NCBI RefSeq assembly: GCF_009914755.1
Contig: NC_060939.1
Length of the DNA stretch: 64,000 nt
DNA from: the human T2T-CHM13v2.0 reference genome, Homo sapiens
Strand: one strand, 5' to 3'
Every line of letters starts with the position of its first letter. Positions within the stretch are counted from its first letter, which is position 1. Position numbers and translations under genes: made by a program. Of the stretch, positions 22,401-37,400 are shown in pieces. Below the pieces are notes generated by a model that searched no databases, was not told the origin of the DNA, and saw only the letters and a program-made list of their open reading frames with translations.

Positions 22401-25400
22401 ACTTGCAAATGCCACAAAAAGAGTGTTTCCAAACTGCTCTGTGAAAAGGAAGGTTCAACTCTGTTAGTTGAGTACACACATCACAAAGAGGTTTCTGAGA
22501 ATGCTGCTGACTAGTTTTTATTTGAAGATATTTCCCTTTTCACCTTAGGCCTAAGAGTGCTCGAAATGTCCATTTCCACATACTCCACAAAGTGTGTTTC
22601 AAACGTGCTGTATGAAAGGGAATGTTCAACTCTATGAGTTGAATGCAAACATCACAAAGAAGACTCTGAGAATGCTTTTGTCTAGATTTTATATGAAGAT
22701 ATTCCCGTGTCCAACGAAATTTTCAAAGGTCTCCAAATATCCATTTGTAGATTCTACAAAAAGAGTGTTTCCAAACTGCTGTATCAAAACAAAGGTTGAA
22801 CTCTGTGAGTTGAGGACACACATCACAAATAAGTTTCTGAGAATGCTTCTGTCTAGTTTTTATTTGAAGATGTTTCCTTTTTCACCATAGGCCTGAAAGC
22901 GCTCGAAATGTCCACTTCCAGATAGTACAGAAAGAGTGTTTCAAACCTGCTCTATGAACGGGAATGTTCAGCTCTGTGAGTTGAATGCAAACATCACAAA
23001 GCAGGTTCTGAGAATGCTTCCGTCTAGATTTTAAATGAGGATATTCCCGTTTCCAACGAAATCCTCGAAGCTATCCAAATATCCACTTGCAGATTCCACA
23101 AAAAGAGTGTTTCAAAACTGCTCTGTCAAAAGATAGGTTCAACTCTGTTAGTTGAGTACACACATGGCAAACAAGATTGCGAGAATGCTTTCGTCTAGTT
23201 TTTTTGGGAAGATATTTCCTTCTTCACCATAGGCCTCAAAGCGCTCCAAATATCCATTTCCACATGCTATACAAAGAGTGTCTCAAACCTGCTGTATGAA
23301 TGGGAATGTTCAACTCTATGAGTTGAATGCAAACATCACAAAGAAGTTTCTGAGAATGCTGCTGTCTAGATTTTATATGAAGGTTTTCCCGCTTCCAACG
23401 AAATTTTCAATGCTCTCAAAATATCCTCTTGTAGATTCTACAAAAAGAGTGTTTCCAAACTGCTGTATCAAAACAAAGGTTCATCTCTGTTAGTTGAGGA
23501 CACACATCACAAATAAGTTTCTGAGAATGCTTCTGTCTAGTTCTTATTTGAAGACATTTCCTTTCTCACCTTAGGCCTGAAAGCGCTCGAAATACCCACT
23601 TCCAGATACTACAGAAACAGTGATTCAAACCTGCTCTATGAAAGGGAATGTTCAACTAGGTGACTTGAATGCAAACATCACAAAGCAGTTTCTGAGAATG
23701 CTGCTGTCTACTTTCTATTTGTAATCCCGTTTCCAACGAAATCCTCAGAACTATCGAAATTTCCAATTGCAGATTCCACAGAAACAGGGTTTCAAAGCTG
23801 CTCTGTAAAAAGAAAGGTTCAACTCTGTTAGTTGAATACACACGTCACAAACAAGTTTCTGAGAATGCTTCTGTCTAGTTTTTATGGGAAGATATTTCCT
23901 TTTTCACCGTAGGCCTCAAAGCGCTCCAAATGTCCACGTCCACATACTACAAAAAGAGTGTTTCAAACCTGCTGTATGAAAGGGAATGTTCAACTCTATG
24001 AGTTGAATGCAAACATTACAAAGAAGTTTCTGAGAATGCTTCTGTCTAGATTTTATATGAAGGTTTTCCCGTTTCCAACGAAATTTTCAATGCTCTCAAA
24101 ATATCCACTTGTAGATTCTACAAAAAGAGTGTTTCCAAACTGCTGTGTCAAAAGAAAGGTTCAACTCTGTTAGTTGAGGACACACATCACAAATAAGTTT
24201 CTGAGAATGCTTCTGTCTAGTTCTTATTTGAAGACATTTCCTTTCTCACCTTAGGCCTGAAAACGCTCGAAATATCCACTTCCAGATACGACAGAAACAG
24301 TGATTCAAACCTGCTCTATGAAAGGGAATGTTCAACTAGGTGACTTGAATGCAAACATCACAAAGCAGTTTCTGAGAATGCTGCTGTCTACTTTCTATTT
24401 GTAATCCCGTTTCCAACGAAATCCTCAGAACTATCGAAATTTCCAATTGCAGATTCCACAAAAAGCGTGTTTCAAAGCTGCTCTGTAAAAAGAAAGGTTC
24501 AACTCTGTTAGTTGAATACACACGTCACAAACAAGTTTCTGAGAATGCTTCTGTCTAGTTTTTATGGGAAGATATTTCCTTTTTCACCGTAGGCCTCAAA
24601 GCGCTCCAAATGTCCACTTCCACATACTACAAAAAGAGTGTTTCAAACCTGCTCTATGATAGGGAATGTTGAAACCTATGAGTTGAATGCAAGCATTACA
24701 AAGAGGTTTCTGAGAATGCTTCTGTCTAGATTTTATATGTAGATATTCCCGTTTCCAACGAAATCCTCAAAGCTATCCAAATATCAACTTGCAGATTCTA
24801 CAAAAGGAATGTTTCCAAAATGCTGTATCCAAACAAAGGTTCAACTCTGTGAATTGAGGGCATACATCACAAAGAAGATTCTGAGAATGCTTCTGTCTAG
24901 ATTTTATATGAAAATATTCCCGTTTCCAACGAAATCCTCAAAGCTATCCAAATATCCACTTGCAAATGCCACAAAAAGAGTGTTTCCAAACTGCTCTGTG
25001 AAAAGGAAGGTTCAACTCTGTTAGTTGAGTACACACATCACAAAGAGGTTTCTGAGAATGCTGCTGACTAGTTTTTATTTGAAGATATTTCCCTTTTCAC
25101 CTTAGGCCTAAGAGTGCTCGAAATGTCCATTTCCACATACTCCACAAAGTGTGTTTCAAACGTGCTGTATGAAAGGGAATGTTCAACTCTATGAGTTGAA
25201 TGCAAACATCACAAAGAAGACTCTGAGAATGCTTTTGTCTAGATTTTATATGAAGATATTCCCGTGTCCAACGAAATTTTCAAAGGTCTCCAAATATCCA
25301 TTTGTAGATTCTACAAAAAGAGTGTTTCCAAACTGCTGTATCAAAACAAAGGTTGAACTCTGTGAGTTGAGGACACACATCACAAATAAGTTTCTGAGAA

Positions 25401-28400
25401 TGCTTCTGTCTAGTTTTTATTTGAAGATGTTTCCTTTTTCACCATAGGCCTGAAAGCGCTCGAAATGTCCACTTCCAGATAGTACAGAAAGAGTGTTTCA
25501 AACCTGCTCTATGAACGGGAATGTTCAGCTCTGTGAGTTGAATGCAAACATCACAAAGCAGGTTCCGAGAATGCTTCCGTCTAGATTTTAAATGAGGATA
25601 TTCCCGTTTCCAACGAAATCCTCGAAGCTATCCAAATATCCACTTGCAGATTCCACAAAAAGAGTGTTTCAAAACTGCTCTGTCAAAAGATAGGTTCAAC
25701 TCTGTTAGTTGAGTACACACATGGCAAACAAGATTGCGAGAATGCTTTCGTCTAGTTTTTTTGGGAAGATATTTCCTTCTTCACCATAGGCCTCAAAGCG
25801 CTCCAAATATCCATTTCCACATGCTATACAAAGAGTGTCTCAAACCTGCTGTATGAATGGGAATGTTCAACTCTATGAGTTGAATGCAAACATCACAAAG
25901 AAGTTTCTGAGAATGCTGCTGTCTAGATTTTATATGAAGGTTTTCCCGCTTCCAACGAAATTTTCAATGCTCTCAAAATATCCTCTTGTAGATTCTACAA
26001 AAAGAGTGTTTCCAAACTGCTGTATCAAAACAAAGGTTCATCTCTGTTAGTTGAGGACACACATCACAAATAAGTTTCTGAGAATGCTTCTGTCTAGTTC
26101 TTATTTGAAGACATTTCCTTTCTCACCTTAGGCCTGAAAGCGCTCGAAATACCCACTTCCAGATACTACAGAAACAGTGATTCAAACCTGCTCTATGAAA
26201 GGGAATGTTCAACTAGGTGACTTGAATGCAAACATCACAAAGCAGTTTCTGAGAATGCTGCTGTCTACTTTCTATTTGTAATCCCGTTTCCAACGAAATC
26301 CTCAGAACTATCGAAATTTCCAATTGCAGATTCCACAGAAACAGGGTTTCAAAGCTGCTCTGTAAAAAGAAAGGTTCAACTCTGTTAGTTGAATACACAC
26401 GTCACAAACAAGTTTCTGAGAATGCTTCTGTCTAGTTTTTATGGGAAGATATTTCCTTTTTCACCGTAGGCCTCAAAGCGCTCCAAATGTCCACGTCCAC
26501 ATACTACAAAAAGAGTGTTTCAAACCTGCTGTATGAAAGGGAATGTTCAACTCTATGAGTTGAATGCAAACATTACAAAGAAGTTTCTGAGAATGCTTCT
26601 GTCTAGATTTTATATGAAGGTTTTCCCGTTTCCAACGAAATTTTCAATGCTCTCAAAATATCCACTTGTAGATTCTACAAAAAGAGTGTTTCCAAACTGC
26701 TGTGTCAAAAGAAAGGTTCAACTCTGTTAGTTGAGGACACACATCACAAATAAGTTTCTGAGAATGCTTCTGTCTAGTTCTTATTTGAAGACATTTCCTT
26801 TCTCACCTTAGGCCTGAAAACGCTCGAAATATCCACTTCCAGATACGACAGAAACAGTGATTCAAACCTGCTCTATGAAAGGGAATGTTCAACTAGGTGA
26901 CTTGAATGCAAACATCACAAAGCAGTTTCTGAGAATGCTGCTGTCTACTTTCTATTTGTAATCCCGTTTCCAACGAAATCCTCAGAACTATCGAAATTTC
27001 CAATTGCAGATTCCACAAAAAGCGTGTTTCAAAGCTGCTCTGTAAAAAGAAAGGTTCAACTCTGTTAGTTGAATACACACGTCACAAACAAGTTTCTGAG
27101 AATGCTTCTGTCTAGTTTTTATGGGAAGATATTTCCTTTTTCACCGTAGGCCTCAAAGCGCTCCAAATGTCCACTTCCACATACTACAAAAAGAGTGTTT
27201 CAAACCTGCTCTATGATAGGGAATGTTGAAACCTATGAGTTGAATGCAAGCATTACAAAGAGGTTTCTGAGAATGCTTCTGTCTAGATTTTATATGTAGA
27301 TATTCCCGTTTCCAACGAAATCCTCAAAGCTATCCAAATATCAGCTTGCAGATTCTGCAAAAGGAATGTTTCCAAAATGCTGTATCCAAACAAAGGTTCA
27401 ACTCTGTGAATTGAGGGCATACATCACAAAGAAGATTCTGAGAATGCTTCTGTCTAGATTTTATATGAAAATATTCCCGTTTCCAACGAAATCCTCAAAG
27501 CTATCCAAATATCCACTTGCAAATGCCACAAAAAGAGTGTTTCCAAACTGCTCTGTGAAAAGGAAGGTTCAACTCTGTTAGTTGAGTACACACATCACAA
27601 AGAGGTTTCTGAGAATGCTGCTGACTAGTTTTTATTTGAAGATATTTCCCTTTTCACCTTAGGCCTAAGAGTGCTCGAAATGTCCATTTCCACATACTCC
27701 ACAAAGTGTGTTTCAAACGTGCTGTATGAAAGGGAATGTTCAACTCTATGAGTTGAATGCAAACATCACAAAGAAGATTCTGAGAATGCTTTTGTCTAGA
27801 TTTTATATGAAGATATTCCCGTGTCCAACGAAATTTTCAAAGGTCTCCAAATATCCATTTGTAGATTCTACAAAAAGAGTGTTTCCAAACTGCTGTATCA
27901 AAACAAAGGTTGAACTCTGTGAGTTGAGGACACACATCACAAATAAGTTTCTGAGAATGCTTCTGTCTAGTTTTTATTTGAAGATGTTTCCTTTTTCACC
28001 ATAGGCCTGAAAGCGCTCGAAATGTCCACTTCCAGATAGTACAGAAAGAGTGTTTCAAACCTGCTCTATGAACGGGAATGTTCAGCTCTGTGAGTTGAAT
28101 GCAAACATCACAAAGCAGGTTCTGAGAATGCTTCCGTCTAGATTTTAAATGAGGATATTCCCGTTTCCAACGAAATCCTCGAAGCTATCCAAATATCCAC
28201 TTGCAGATTCCACAAAAAGAGTGTTTCAAAACTGCTCTGTCAAAAGATAGGTTCAACTCTGTTAGTTGAGTACACACATGGCAAACAAGATTGCGAGAAT
28301 GCTTTCGTCTAGTTTTTTTGGGAAGATATTTCCTTCTTCACCATAGGCCTCAAAGCGCTCCAAATATCCATTTCCACATGCTATACAAAGAGTGTCTCAA

Positions 28401-31400
28401 ACCTGCTGTATGAATGGGAATGTTCAACTCTATGAGTTGAATGCAAACATCACAAAGAAGTTTCTGAGAATGCTGCTGTCTAGATTTTATATGAAGGTTT
28501 TCCCGCTTCCAACGAAATTTTCAATGCTCTCAAAATATCCTCTTGTAGATTCTACAAAAAGAGTGTTTCCAAACTGCTGTATCAAAACAAAGGTTCATCT
28601 CTGTTAGTTGAGGACACACATCACAAATAAGTTTCTGAGAATGCTTCTGTCTAGTTCTTATTTGAAGACATTTCCTTTCTCACCTTAGGCCTGAAAGCGC
28701 TCGAAATACCCACTTCCAGATACTACAGAAACAGTGATTCAAACCTGCTCTATGAAAGGGAATGTTCAACTAGGTGACTTGAATGCAAACATCACAAAGC
28801 AGTTTCTGAGAATGCTGCTGTCTACTTTCTATTTGTAATCCCGTTTCCAACGAAATCCTCAGAACTATCGAAATTTCCAATTGCAGATTCCACAGAAACA
28901 GGGTTTCAAAGCTGCTCTGTAAAAAGAAAGGTTCAACTCTGTTAGTTGAATACACACGTCACAAACAAGTTTCTGAGAATGCTTCTGTCTAGTTTTTATG
29001 GGAAGATATTTCCTTTTTCACCGTAGGCCTCAAAGCGCTCCAAATGTCCACGTCCACATACTACAAAAAGAGTGTTTCAAACCTGCTGTATGAAAGGGAA
29101 TGTTCAACTCTATGAGTTGAATGCAAACATTACAAAGAAGTTTCTGAGAATGCTTCTGTCTAGATTTTATATGAAGGTTTTCCCGTTTCCAACGAAATTT
29201 TCAATGCTCTCAAAATATCCACTTGTAGATTCTACAAAAAGAGTGTTTCCAAACTGCTGTGTCAAAAGAAAGGTTCAACTCTGTTAGTTGAGGACACACA
29301 TCACAAATAAGTTTCTGAGAATGCTTCTGTCTAGTTCTTATTTGAAGACATTTCCTTTCTCACCTTAGGCCTGAAAACGCTCGAAATATCCACTTCCAGA
29401 TACGACAGAAACAGTGATTCAAACCTGCTCTATGAAAGGGAATGTTCAACTAGGTGACTTGAATGCAAACATCACAAAGCAGTTTCTGAGAATGCTGCTG
29501 TCTACTTTCTATTTGTAATCCCGTTTCCAACGAAATCCTCAGAACTATCGAAATTTCCAATTGCAGATTCCACAAAAAGCGTGTTTCAAAGCTGCTCTGT
29601 AAAAAGAAAGGTTCAACTCTGTTAGTTGAATACACACGTCACAAACAAGTTTCTGAGAATGCTTCTGTCTAGTTTTTATGGGAAGATATTTCCTTTTTCA
29701 CCGTAGGCCTCAAAGCGCTCCAAATGTCCACTTCCACATACTACAAAAAGAGTGTTTCAAACCTGCTCTATGATAGGGAATGTTGAAACCTATGAGTTGA
29801 ATGCAAGCATTACAAAGAGGTTTCTGAGAATGCTTCTGTCTAGATTTTATATGTAGATATTCCCGTTTCCAACGAAATCCTCAAAGCTATCCAAATATCA
29901 ACTTGCAGATTCTACAAAAGGAATGTTTCCAAAATGCTGTATCCAAACAAAGGTTCAACTCTGTGAATTGAGGGCATACATCACAAAGAAGATTCTGAGA
30001 ATGCTTCTGTCTAGATTTTATATGAAAATATTCCCGTTTCCAACGAAATCCTCAAAGCTATCCAAATATCCACTTGCAAATGCCACAAAAAGAGTGTTTC
30101 CAAACTGCTCTGTGAAAAGGAAGGTTCAACTCTGTTAGTTGAGTACACACATCACAAAGAGGTTTCTGAGAATGCTGCTGACTAGTTTTTATTTGAAGAT
30201 ATTTCCCTTTTCACCTTAGGCCTAAGAGTGCTCGAAATGTCCATTTCCACATACTCCACAAAGTGTGTTTCAAACGTGCTGTATGAAAGGGAATGTTCAA
30301 CTCTATGAGTTGAATGCAAACATCACAAAGAAGACTCTGAGAATGCTTTTGTCTAGATTTTATATGAAGATATTCCCGTGTCCAACGAAATTTTCAAAGG
30401 TCTCCAAATATCCATTTGTAGATTCTACAAAAAGAGTGTTTCCAAACTGCTGTATCAAAACAAAGGTTGAACTCTGTGAGTTGAGGACACACATCACAAA
30501 TAAGTTTCTGAGAATGCTTCTGTCTAGTTTTTATTTGAAGATGTTTCCTTTTTCACCATAGGCCTGAAAGCGCTCGAAATGTCCACTTCCAGATAGTACA
30601 GAAAGAGTGTTTCAAACCTGCTCTATGAACGGGAATGTTCAGCTCTGTGAGTTGAATGCAAACATCACAAAGCAGGTTCTGAGAATGCTTCCGTCTAGAT
30701 TTTAAATGAGGATATTCCCGTTTCCAACGAAATCCTCGAAGCTATCCAAATATCCACTTGCAGATTCCACAAAAAGAGTGTTTCAAAACTGCTCTGTCAA
30801 AAGATAGGTTCAACTCTGTTAGTTGAGTACACACATGGCAAACAAGATTGCGAGAATGCTTTCGTCTAGTTTTTTTGGGAAGATATTTCCTTCTTCACCA
30901 TAGGCCTCAAAGCGCTCCAAATATCCATTTCCACATGCTATACAAAGAGTGTCTCAAACCTGCTGTATGAATGGGAATGTTCAACTCTATGAGTTGAATG
31001 CAAACATCACAAAGAAGTTTCTGAGAATGCTGCTGTCTAGATTTTATATGAAGGTTTTCCCGCTTCCAACGAAATTTTCAATGCTCTCAAAATATCCTCT
31101 TGTAGATTCTACAAAAAGAGTGTTTCCAAACTGCTGTATCAAAACAAAGGTTCATCTCTGTTAGTTGAGGACACACATCACAAATAAGTTTCTGAGAATG
31201 CTTCTGTCTAGTTCTTATTTGAAGACATTTCCTTTCTCACCTTAGGCCTGAAAGCGCTCGAAATACCCACTTCCAGATACTACAGAAACAGTGATTCAAA
31301 CCTGCTCTATGAAAGGGAATGTTCAACTAGGTGACTTGAATGCAAACATCACAAAGCAGTTTCTGAGAATGCTGCTGTCTACTTTCTATTTGTAATCCCG

Positions 31401-34400
31401 TTTCCAACGAAATCCTCAGAACTATCGAAATTTCCAATTGCAGATTCCACAGAAACAGGGTTTCAAAGCTGCTCTGTAAAAAGAAAGGTTCAACTCTGTT
31501 AGTTGAATACACACGTCACAAACAAGTTTCTGAGAATGCTTCTGTCTAGTTTTTATGGGAAGATATTTCCTTTTTCACCGTAGGCCTCAAAGCGCTCCAA
31601 ATGTCCACGTCCACATACTACAAAAAGAGTGTTTCAAACCTGCTGTATGAAAGGGAATGTTCAACTCTATGAGTTGAATGCAAACATTACAAAGAAGTTT
31701 CTGAGAATGCTTCTGTCTAGATTTTATATGAAGGTTTTCCCGTTTCCAACGAAATTTTCAATGCTCTCAAAATATCCACTTGTAGATTCTACAAAAAGAG
31801 TGTTTCCAAACTGCTGTGTCAAAAGAAAGGTTCAACTCTGTTAGTTGAGGACACACATCACAAATAAGTTTCTGAGAATGCTTCTGTCTAGTTCTTATTT
31901 GAAGACATTTCCTTTCTCACCTTAGGCCTGAAAACGCTCGAAATATCCACTTCCAGATACGACAGAAACAGTGATTCAAACCTGCTCTATGAAAGGGAAT
32001 GTTCAACTAGGTGACTTGAATGCAAACATCACAAAGCAGTTTCTGAGAATGCTGCTGTCTACTTTCTATTTGTAATCCCGTTTCCAACGAAATCCTCAGA
32101 ACTATCGAAATTTCCAATTGCAGATTCCACAAAAAGCGTGTTTCAAAGCTGCTCTGTAAAAAGAAAGGTTCAACTCTGTTAGTTGAATACACACGTCACA
32201 AACAAGTTTCTGAGAATGCTTCTGTCTAGTTTTTATGGGAAGATATTTCCTTTTTCACCGTAGGCCTCAAAGCGCTCCAAATGTCCACTTCCACATACTA
32301 CAAAAAGAGTGTTTCAAACCTGCTCTATGATAGGGAATGTTGAAACCTATGAGTTGAATGCAAGCATTACAAAGAGGTTTCTGAGAATGCTTCTGTCTAG
32401 ATTTTATATGTAGATATTCCCGTTTCCAACGAAATCCTCAAAGCTATCCAAATATCAACTTGCAGATTCTACAAAAGGAACGTTTCCAAAATGCTGTATC
32501 CAAACAAAGGTTCAACTCTGTGAATTGAGGGCATACATCACAAAGAAGATTCTGAGAATGCTTCTGTCTAGATTTTATATGAAAATATTCCCGTTTCCAA
32601 CGAAATCCTCAAAGCTATCCAAATATCCACTTGCAAATGCCACAAAAAGAGTGTTTCCAAACTGCTCTGTGAAAAGGAAGGTTCAACTCTGTTAGTTGAG
32701 TACACACATCACAAAGAGGTTTCTGAGAATGCTGCTGACTAGTTTTTATTTGAAGATATTTCCCTTTTCACCTTAGGCCTAAGAGTGCTCGAAATGTCCA
32801 TTTCCACATACTCCACAAAGTGTGTTTCAAACGTGCTGTATGAAAGGGAATGTTCAACTCTATGAGTTGAATGCAAACATCACAAAGAAGACTCTGAGAA
32901 TGCTTTTGTCTAGATTTTATATGAAGATATTCCCGTGTCCAACGAAATTTTCAAAGGTCTCCAAATATCCATTTGTAGATTCTACAAAAAGAGTGTTTCC
33001 AAACTGCTGTATCAAAACAAAGGTTGAACTCTGTGAGTTGAGGACACACATCACAAATAAGTTTCTGAGAATGCTTCTGTCTAGTTTTTATTTGAAGATG
33101 TTTCCTTTTTCACCATAGGCCTGAAAGCGCTCGAAATGTCCACTTCCAGATAGTACAGAAAGAGTGTTTCAAACCTGCTCTATGAACGGGAATGTTCAGC
33201 TCTGTGAGTTGAATGCAAACATCACAAAGCAGGTTCCGAGAATGCTTCCGTCTAGATTTTAAATGAGGATATTCCCGTTTCCAACGAAATCCTCGAAGCT
33301 ATCCAAATATCCACTTGCAGATTCCACAAAAAGAGTGTTTCAAAACTGCTCTGTCAAAAGATAGGTTCAACTCTGTTAGTTGAGTACACACATGGCAAAC
33401 AAGATTGCGAGAATGCTTTCGTCTAGTTTTTTTGGGAAGATATTTCCTTCTTCACCATAGGCCTCAAAGCGCTCCAAATATCCATTTCCACATGCTATAC
33501 AAAGAGTGTCTCAAACCTGCTGTATGAATGGGAATGTTCAACTCTATGAGTTGAATGCAAACATCACAAAGAAGTTTCTGAGAATGCTGCTGTCTAGATT
33601 TTATATGAAGGTTTTCCCGCTTCCAACGAAATTTTCAATGCTCTCAAAATATCCTCTTGTAGATTCTACAAAAAGAGTGTTTCCAAACTGCTGTATCAAA
33701 ACAAAGGTTCATCTCTGTTAGTTGAGGACACACATCACAAATAAGTTTCTGAGAATGCTTCTGTCTAGTTCTTATTTGAAGACATTTCCTTTCTCACCTT
33801 AGGCCTGAAAGCGCTCGAAATACCCACTTCCAGATACTACAGAAACAGTGATTCAAACCTGCTCTATGAAAGGGAATGTTCAACTAGGTGACTTGAATGC
33901 AAACATCACAAAGCAGTTTCTGAGAATGCTGCTGTCTACTTTCTATTTGTAATCCCGTTTCCAACGAAATCCTCAGAACTATCGAAATTTCCAATTGCAG
34001 ATTCCACAGAAACAGGGTTTCAAAGCTGCTCTGTAAAAAGAAAGGTTCAACTCTGTTAGTTGAATACACACGTCACAAACAAGTTTCTGAGAATGCTTCT
34101 GTCTAGTTTTTATGGGAAGATATTTCCTTTTTCACCGTAGGCCTCAAAGCGCTCCAAATGTCCACGTCCACATACTACAAAAAGAGTGTTTCAAACCTGC
34201 TGTATGAAAGGGAATGTTCAACTCTATGAGTTGAATGCAAACATTACAAAGAAGTTTCTGAGAATGCTTCTGTCTAGATTTTATATGAAGGTTTTCCCGT
34301 TTCCAACGAAATTTTCAATGCTCTCAAAATATCCACTTGTAGATTCTACAAAAAGAGTGTTTCCAAACTGCTGTGTCAAAAGAAAGGTTCAACTCTGTTA

Positions 34401-37400
34401 GTTGAGGACACACATCACAAATAAGTTTCTGAGAATGCTTCTGTCTAGTTCTTATTTGAAGACATTTCCTTTCTCACCTTAGGCCTGAAAACGCTCGAAA
34501 TATCCACTTCCAGATACGACAGAAACAGTGATTCAAACCTGCTCTATGAAAGGGAATGTTCAACTAGGTGACTTGAATGCAAACATCACAAAGCAGTTTC
34601 TGAGAATGCTGCTGTCTACTTTCTATTTGTAATCCCGTTTCCAACGAAATCCTCAGAACTATCGAAATTTCCAATTGCAGATTCCACAAAAAGCGTGTTT
34701 CAAAGCTGCTCTGTAAAAAGAAAGGTTCAACTCTGTTAGTTGAATACACACGTCACAAACAAGTTTCTGAGAATGCTTCTGTCTAGTTTTTATGGGAAGA
34801 TATTTCCTTTTTCACCGTAGGCCTCAAAGCGCTCCAAATGTCCACTTCCACATACTACAAAAAGAGTGTTTCAAACCTGCTCTATGATAGGGAATGTTGA
34901 AACCTATGAGTTGAATGCAAGCATTACAAAGAGGTTTCTGAGAATGCTTCTGTCTAGATTTTATATGTAGATATTCCCGTTTCCAACGAAATCCTCAAAG
35001 CTATCCAAATATCAACTTGCAGATTCTACAAAAGGAATGTTTCCAAAATGCTGTATCCAAACAAAGGTTCAACTCTGTGAATTGAGGGCATACATCACAA
35101 AGAAGATTCTGAGAATGCTTCTGTCTAGATTTTATATGAAAATATTCCCGTTTCCAACGAAATCCTCAAAGCTATCCAAATATCCACTTGCAAATGCCAC
35201 AAAAAGAGTGTTTCCAAACTGCTCTGTGAAAAGGAAGGTTCAACTCTGTTAGTTGAGTACACACATCACAAAGAGGTTTCTGAGAATGCTGCTGACTAGT
35301 TTTTATTTGAAGATATTTCCCTTTTCACCTTAGGCCTAAGAGTGCTCGAAATGTCCATTTCCACATACTCCACAAAGTGTGTTTCAAACGTGCTGTATGA
35401 AAGGGAATGTTCAACTCTATGAGTTGAATGCAAACATCACAAAGAAGACTCTGAGAATGCTTTTGTCTAGATTTTATATGAAGATATTCCCGTGTCCAAC
35501 GAAATTTTCAAAGGTCTCCAAATATCCATTTGTAGATTCTACAAAAAGAGTGTTTCCAAACTGCTGTATCAAAACAAAGGTTGAACTCTGTGAGTTGAGG
35601 ACACACATCACAAATAAGTTTCTGAGAATGCTTCTGTCTAGTTTTTATTTGAAGATGTTTCCTTTTTCACCATAGGCCTGAAAGCGCTCGAAATGTCCAC
35701 TTCCAGATAGTACAGAAAGAGTGTTTCAAACCTGCTCTATGAACGGGAATGTTCAGCTCTGTGAGTTGAATGCAAACATCACAAAGCAGGTTCTGAGAAT
35801 GCTTCCGTCTAGATTTTAAATGAGGATATTCCCGTTTCCAACGAAATCCTCGAAGCTATCCAAATATCCACTTGCAGATTCCACAAAAAGAGTGTTTCAA
35901 AACTGCTCTGTCAAAAGATAGGTTCAACTCTGTTAGTTGAGTACACACATGGCAAACAAGATTGCGAGAATGCTTTCGTCTAGTTTTTTTGGGAAGATAT
36001 TTCCTTCTTCACCATAGGCCTCAAAGCGCTCCAAATATCCATTTCCACATGCTATACAAAGAGTGTCTCAAACCTGCTGTATGAATGGGAATGTTCAACT
36101 CTATGAGTTGAATGCAAACATCACAAAGAAGTTTCTGAGAATGCTGCTGTCTAGATTTTATATGAAGGTTTTCCCGCTTCCAACGAAATTTTCAATGCTC
36201 TCAAAATATCCTCTTGTAGATTCTACAAAAAGAGTGTTTCCAAACTGCTGTATCAAAACAAAGGTTCATCTCTGTTAGTTGAGGACACACATCACAAATA
36301 AGTTTCTGAGAATGCTTCTGTCTAGTTCTTATTTGAAGACATTTCCTTTCTCACCTTAGGCCTGAAAGCGCTCGAAATACCCACTTCCAGATACTACAGA
36401 AACAGTGATTCAAACCTGCTCTATGAAAGGGAATGTTCAACTAGGTGACTTGAATGCAAACATCACAAAGCAGTTTCTGAGAATGCTGCTGTCTACTTTC
36501 TATTTGTAATCCCGTTTCCAACGAAATCCTCAGAACTATCGAAATTTCCAATTGCAGATTCCACAGAAACAGGGTTTCAAAGCTGCTCTGTAAAAAGAAA
36601 GGTTCAACTCTGTTAGTTGAATACACACGTCACAAACAAGTTTCTGAGAATGCTTCTGTCTAGTTTTTATGGGAAGATATTTCCTTTTTCACCGTAGGCC
36701 TCAAAGCGCTCCAAATGTCCACGTCCACATACTACAAAAAGAGTGTTTCAAACCTGCTGTATGAAAGGGAATGTTCAACTCTATGAGTTGAATGCAAACA
36801 TTACAAAGAAGTTTCTGAGAATGCTTCTGTCTAGATTTTATATGAAGGTTTTCCCGTTTCCAACGAAATTTTCAATGCTCTCAAAATATCCACTTGTAGA
36901 TTCTACAAAAAGAGTGTTTCCAAACTGCTGTGTCAAAAGAAAGGTTCAACTCTGTTAGTTGAGGACACACATCACAAATAAGTTTCTGAGAATGCTTCTG
37001 TCTAGTTCTTATTTGAAGACATTTCCTTTCTCACCTTAGGCCTGAAAACGCTCGAAATATCCACTTCCAGATACGACAGAAACAGTGATTCAAACCTGCT
37101 CTATGAAAGGGAATGTTCAACTAGGTGACTTGAATGCAAACATCACAAAGCAGTTTCTGAGAATGCTGCTGTCTACTTTCTATTTGTAATCCCGTTTCCA
37201 ACGAAATCCTCAGAACTATCGAAATTTCCAATTGCAGATTCCACAAAAAGCGTGTTTCAAAGCTGCTCTGTAAAAAGAAAGGTTCAACTCTGTTAGTTGA
37301 ATACACACGTCACAAACAAGTTTCTGAGAATGCTTCTGTCTAGTTTTTATGGGAAGATATTTCCTTTTTCACCGTAGGCCTCAAAGCGCTCCAAATGTCC

